From contig OX597829.1 in assembly GCA_951406725.2 (NCBI GenBank), positions 27,652,001-27,716,000 of the forward strand: DNA of 64,000 nucleotides, given 5' to 3'. A program made the translations under genes and the position numbers. The stretch is from Octopus vulgaris (taxonomy: Eukaryota). The notes below the pieces were generated by a model that saw nothing but the letters and a program-made list of their open reading frames with translations, did no database searches and had not been told where the DNA came from. The first letter of the stretch is position 1; each line of letters starts with the position of its first letter. Shown here in pieces: positions 63,196 to 64,000 of the stretch.

Positions 63196-63717
63196 TATTT
63201 CAAGAATTATAATGAAAAAGAGTGTCTAAATTCTGTATGAAGTGGTCGAAGTAACTGGTGGGAAGACGTTAAATCTATTTATAAATATTTACAAACCAGT
63301 TAGTAGCATTGTGTAGCTCGTATGCAATAAGATATGTACTCGCAGTAATTCGTAATTGCGTTTGTTTGAAATTATTCTTGTAATTAGAGGAGTGGATTCT
63401 GTTCCGGACGTCGTCTTTTAAATATCATACTCTCAAATGATCAAGGCGCCATGTGAGATAACTTCTTTTTTTTTTTTTTTTTGAATAGGTCAACTTATTT
63501 TAAAAGAAAAGGCTCAATTTTTGATAAACAAAATATCTGTGCGTTTTGATATTTCGAGTTGGACAATAATCTTCCAACACATATGTGTGTGTATACACAT
63601 TATAGATATATATGATATATGTTTGTATGTACATATATATGCGTATATATCATCATCATCATCATTTAACGTCCGCTTTCATGATGGCATAGGTAGGAAC
63701 ACAGACACACATACTCA

Positions 63718-63777
<60 letters not shown>

Positions 63778-63784
63778 AACACAC

Positions 63785-63905
63785 AAGTACAAAACAAGGT
63801 GAAGAAAAATAGAACTCGAATAGTGTAATATGCTTTTATGAAAGCTGCAAAATTATCACAAAGCTTTTACTCAGAGTTTCATGTTCCCGTTCGTCGGACG
63901 ACTGT
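63785..63905 (-). mobile_element. Penelope-like remnant with a degenerate hammerhead core (63868-63897)
   Basis: Minus strand: ccgacga-acg-ggaa-cat-gaaa-ctc-t-gag-ta. Confidence 0.4.
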
Positions 63906-63958
63906 GATGAATGCTGAATTAAAATCGTGATTGTATATGTAATATAGTGTTATTTAAA

Positions 63959-64000
63959 GGCGGTGAGCTGGTAGAAATGTTAGCACGCCGAGCGAAATGC
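63959..64000 (+). mobile_element. SINE family C head (runs off the window)
   Basis: ggcggtgagctggtagaaatgttagcacgccgagcgaaatgc. Confidence 0.7.

Overview
AT-rich eukaryotic non-coding DNA saturated with (TA)n/(CA)n/(TATG)n/trinucleotide microsatellites and transposon relics. The repeat repertoire strongly suggests an Octopus (coleoid cephalopod) genome, probably inside a very large intron or gene desert; this is inference from repeat content. I found no intact protein-coding gene, rRNA, true tRNA or CRISPR array. Nearly all long ORFs are microsatellite translation artefacts. Recognisable content: about 20 copies of one tRNA-derived SINE with an internal microsatellite (my label 'A'), further tRNA-headed SINEs ('B', 'C'), a decayed full-length mariner and an internally deleted mariner, several MITEs (Tc1/mariner, piggyBac, 9-bp-TSD and putative 3-bp-TSD types), three non-autonomous Helitrons, one Helentron-type element, RTE and R4/Dong LINE 3' fragments, and Penelope-like remnants with hammerhead-ribozyme-like cores. 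Best leads: a consensus recursive-splice site with a 29-nt cryptic exon (41549-41577), a family of hammerhead-like motifs, a candidate 6-nt microexon, head/tail shuffling among SINEs, and a 100-bp inverted duplication at a SINE truncation point. All coordinates were read by eye, and boundaries of diverged repeats are approximate.
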